The translations under genes and the position numbers were made by a program. From positions 3,410,001-3,474,000 of the forward strand of contig CM068757.1 in the NCBI GenBank assembly GCA_035084275.1: DNA of 64,000 bases, in the 5' to 3' direction. Positions 61,986-64,000 of this stretch are shown one piece after another. Below the pieces are notes generated by a model, which worked only from the letters and a program-made list of their open reading frames with translations, searched no databases and had not been told where the DNA came from. The DNA comes from Hydrolagus colliei (Eukaryota). How positions within the stretch are numbered: the stretch's first letter is position 1; each line of letters starts with the position of its first letter.

Positions 61986-64000
61986 TTCTCTGCACAACAT
62001 GTACCTAATCCCAATCACTCCACTGGGCTCGGCTGGAAAGTGGATCCCAAGCACTTAACAAGAGGACAAAAACAAGGAAGGAGACAGAGCTTCATTACAT
62101 CTCTGGCATTACCAGGGAAGACCATCCCCGTAGGCCTGATTGACTGACTGGAAACTCAGAGGAGGTTAGAGCAGCTGGCTTGCCAAAGGTGATAGTCTAT
62201 GACTCATATTCCATTGGATGGTCGGCTACAAATGCCCTTTAGGCAGTTTAATAAACACACCGTTTCAAAGGCCTGTTACTTGAGAAATTAAATCCTAAAG
62301 ATTGATGAAATTACATTGTTTACCTGGTTTTATAAAAGCAGCTGGAGATATGTGTAGCTGATTTTAGCTCCAGGATTATCGCTCAATCAATGTGCATGAG
62401 ATGGGATGAGAATTCCCTTCTGTCTCAACGTTGCCATGGATCTTCAGGGAAGAGCGTTTCTGCCATCCCAAACAAGTTCCCAGTGCGATTGCAAAACGCA
62501 AGGCCGGTGCTCATTTTGTGACATTGCCCTGCAACAATTACGAGAATGAAGAGCATGGGAAAGGGAAATGCTGGTGACTTGATAGTGTCCTGAGGCTTTT
62601 TGAGATGCAGTGTTGGGCAAGGAAGACGTTTGTTTCCTTTATGACGAATGTTGGAGTTTGTAAGAACTTGTACGTGCACCTCTAGAATTAACGAGATTCT
62701 TACTTTCCACCCTTTTTGTTTAACAAAACACTAGTTTTGTTTCTACATTTAATATGGAAATATTCCCATTTCAAAATAGGCTCAAGTCCAGTTCCACTTA
62801 AGTACTGTAACTGCATGTTCAACCAACGAAAGGTGCTTAGGATCTACATGCATTGTTTCTGAGCCAAAACATGCTTCAGATCATAGCAGTACTGCAGTTG
62901 TGATGATGCACAATGTCCAGAAATTATTTTATTTGGGCTAAAAATGGTCAATTTTAGTAGTCATCTGCCTCTGCTTTGCCAAATATCCTGAACTGATAGA
63001 GGGAGGGAGAGAGCATAAGATTTTTTTCAAAAAAAACTAGGAAGCATTTCCCAGCATGACAAAATAAAATCACTTTACAAGGGGCCCTTTCTATTAAATG
63101 GGAATTTACGACGCCACAATGCTGTAATGGAAGCTGCTCTTTGTGGGTAAGAGCCGTTAGTTTACTGGACTTGCCCTCAAATGCTTCGTAAATTAATAAG
63201 TCGCAACATGGAATCATATTTAAAACAGTCAATTCCTGGTTTAAAAGGACCAAGCTAACATGCATTTTATTTTGTGCAGCATTTTCCTGCACAATATTCC
63301 AAATTCATTTACAGACGTCACATCAAGTAAGCCTGTTTGGTGTCTAAAAGGGAGGGCAGTGGTTGTTTCTGGCTGTTCAACCCTGGATTTTCTATACTGT
63401 ATCTAACCATTCTTGGAAATTCAATCCCAGTATTTTGAGTTTAAAAACAAGTGTATTCTATCATGGTTCATAGAGTTCTGCCAACTATCCCACAACATAC
63501 TTGTGCTACAAAATAATCACTCGTTGAATTGTGGGCGGTGGGGGAGAGGGTTGGGGATAAAGTCAATATATGAACCCATATTGTTCCAATCTGCTGGCTG
63601 TCAAACCTCCTATAATAGCAACGTTACACTTTCTGTGGTTGTGCTATCCTTTTTGTCAATCTGTTCCCTCGCTAGCCTTGATCGGATTCTCAAAGAGAAC
63701 ATCGCATTGAAAAGAAAACCCTCAAAATCAGCTATGTTGATACTGGCTGAAAATCAAGAAACAATCAGTCCTGTTAACCCGAAGGCAAATCTTAATCCAA
63801 CTCTCTTTTAGGCGCTGCTGATTCAAGCATCAGCTGTAATTGCTGCTCTTTGGTTCAAACATTTATGATGATGAAGGAATGTGAGAAAGTTGTTTTATTT
63901 ATTATTACTACTACTATCAAACAGGGTATTTCTAAGAATTCGCTCCCAAAGTGAAGGGCATCCCTAGAGTCCTTATGAAATTAGTAGCAAAGCAGGAGAC

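Noticed and set aside
1-64000. CRISPR array, operon or prokaryotic defence system
   Set aside because: Eukaryotic, repeat-rich, non-coding DNA with no regularly spaced direct repeats and no gene-dense organisation.

Overview
AT-rich vertebrate nuclear DNA. The repeat content (tRNA-derived Deu-domain SINEs, L2 and CR1 LINE 3' ends) points to a cartilaginous fish, possibly a chimaera; this is an inference. Bases 1..22351 recur almost identically at 27740..50091. A 200-N scaffold gap (22352..22551) and 5.2 kb that is unique within the window lie between the two copies. The differences I found cluster in about 3.7 kb, which fits two haplotypes scaffolded in tandem (a false duplication), so the window holds only about 41 kb of distinct sequence. 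I recognise no protein-coding gene; the ORF track is mostly chance ORFs plus LINE remnants. The window reads as a large intron or gene desert with many retroposon copies, some nested, and several motif-dense blocks that could be enhancers. The most unusual structure is a 704-bp segment bounded by a perfect 34-bp inverted repeat (5685..6388), followed by a tandem double hairpin at 9859..9916. I found no well-supported new biological system. Features in 1..22351 have a twin at +27739, or +27740 beyond about 20060.
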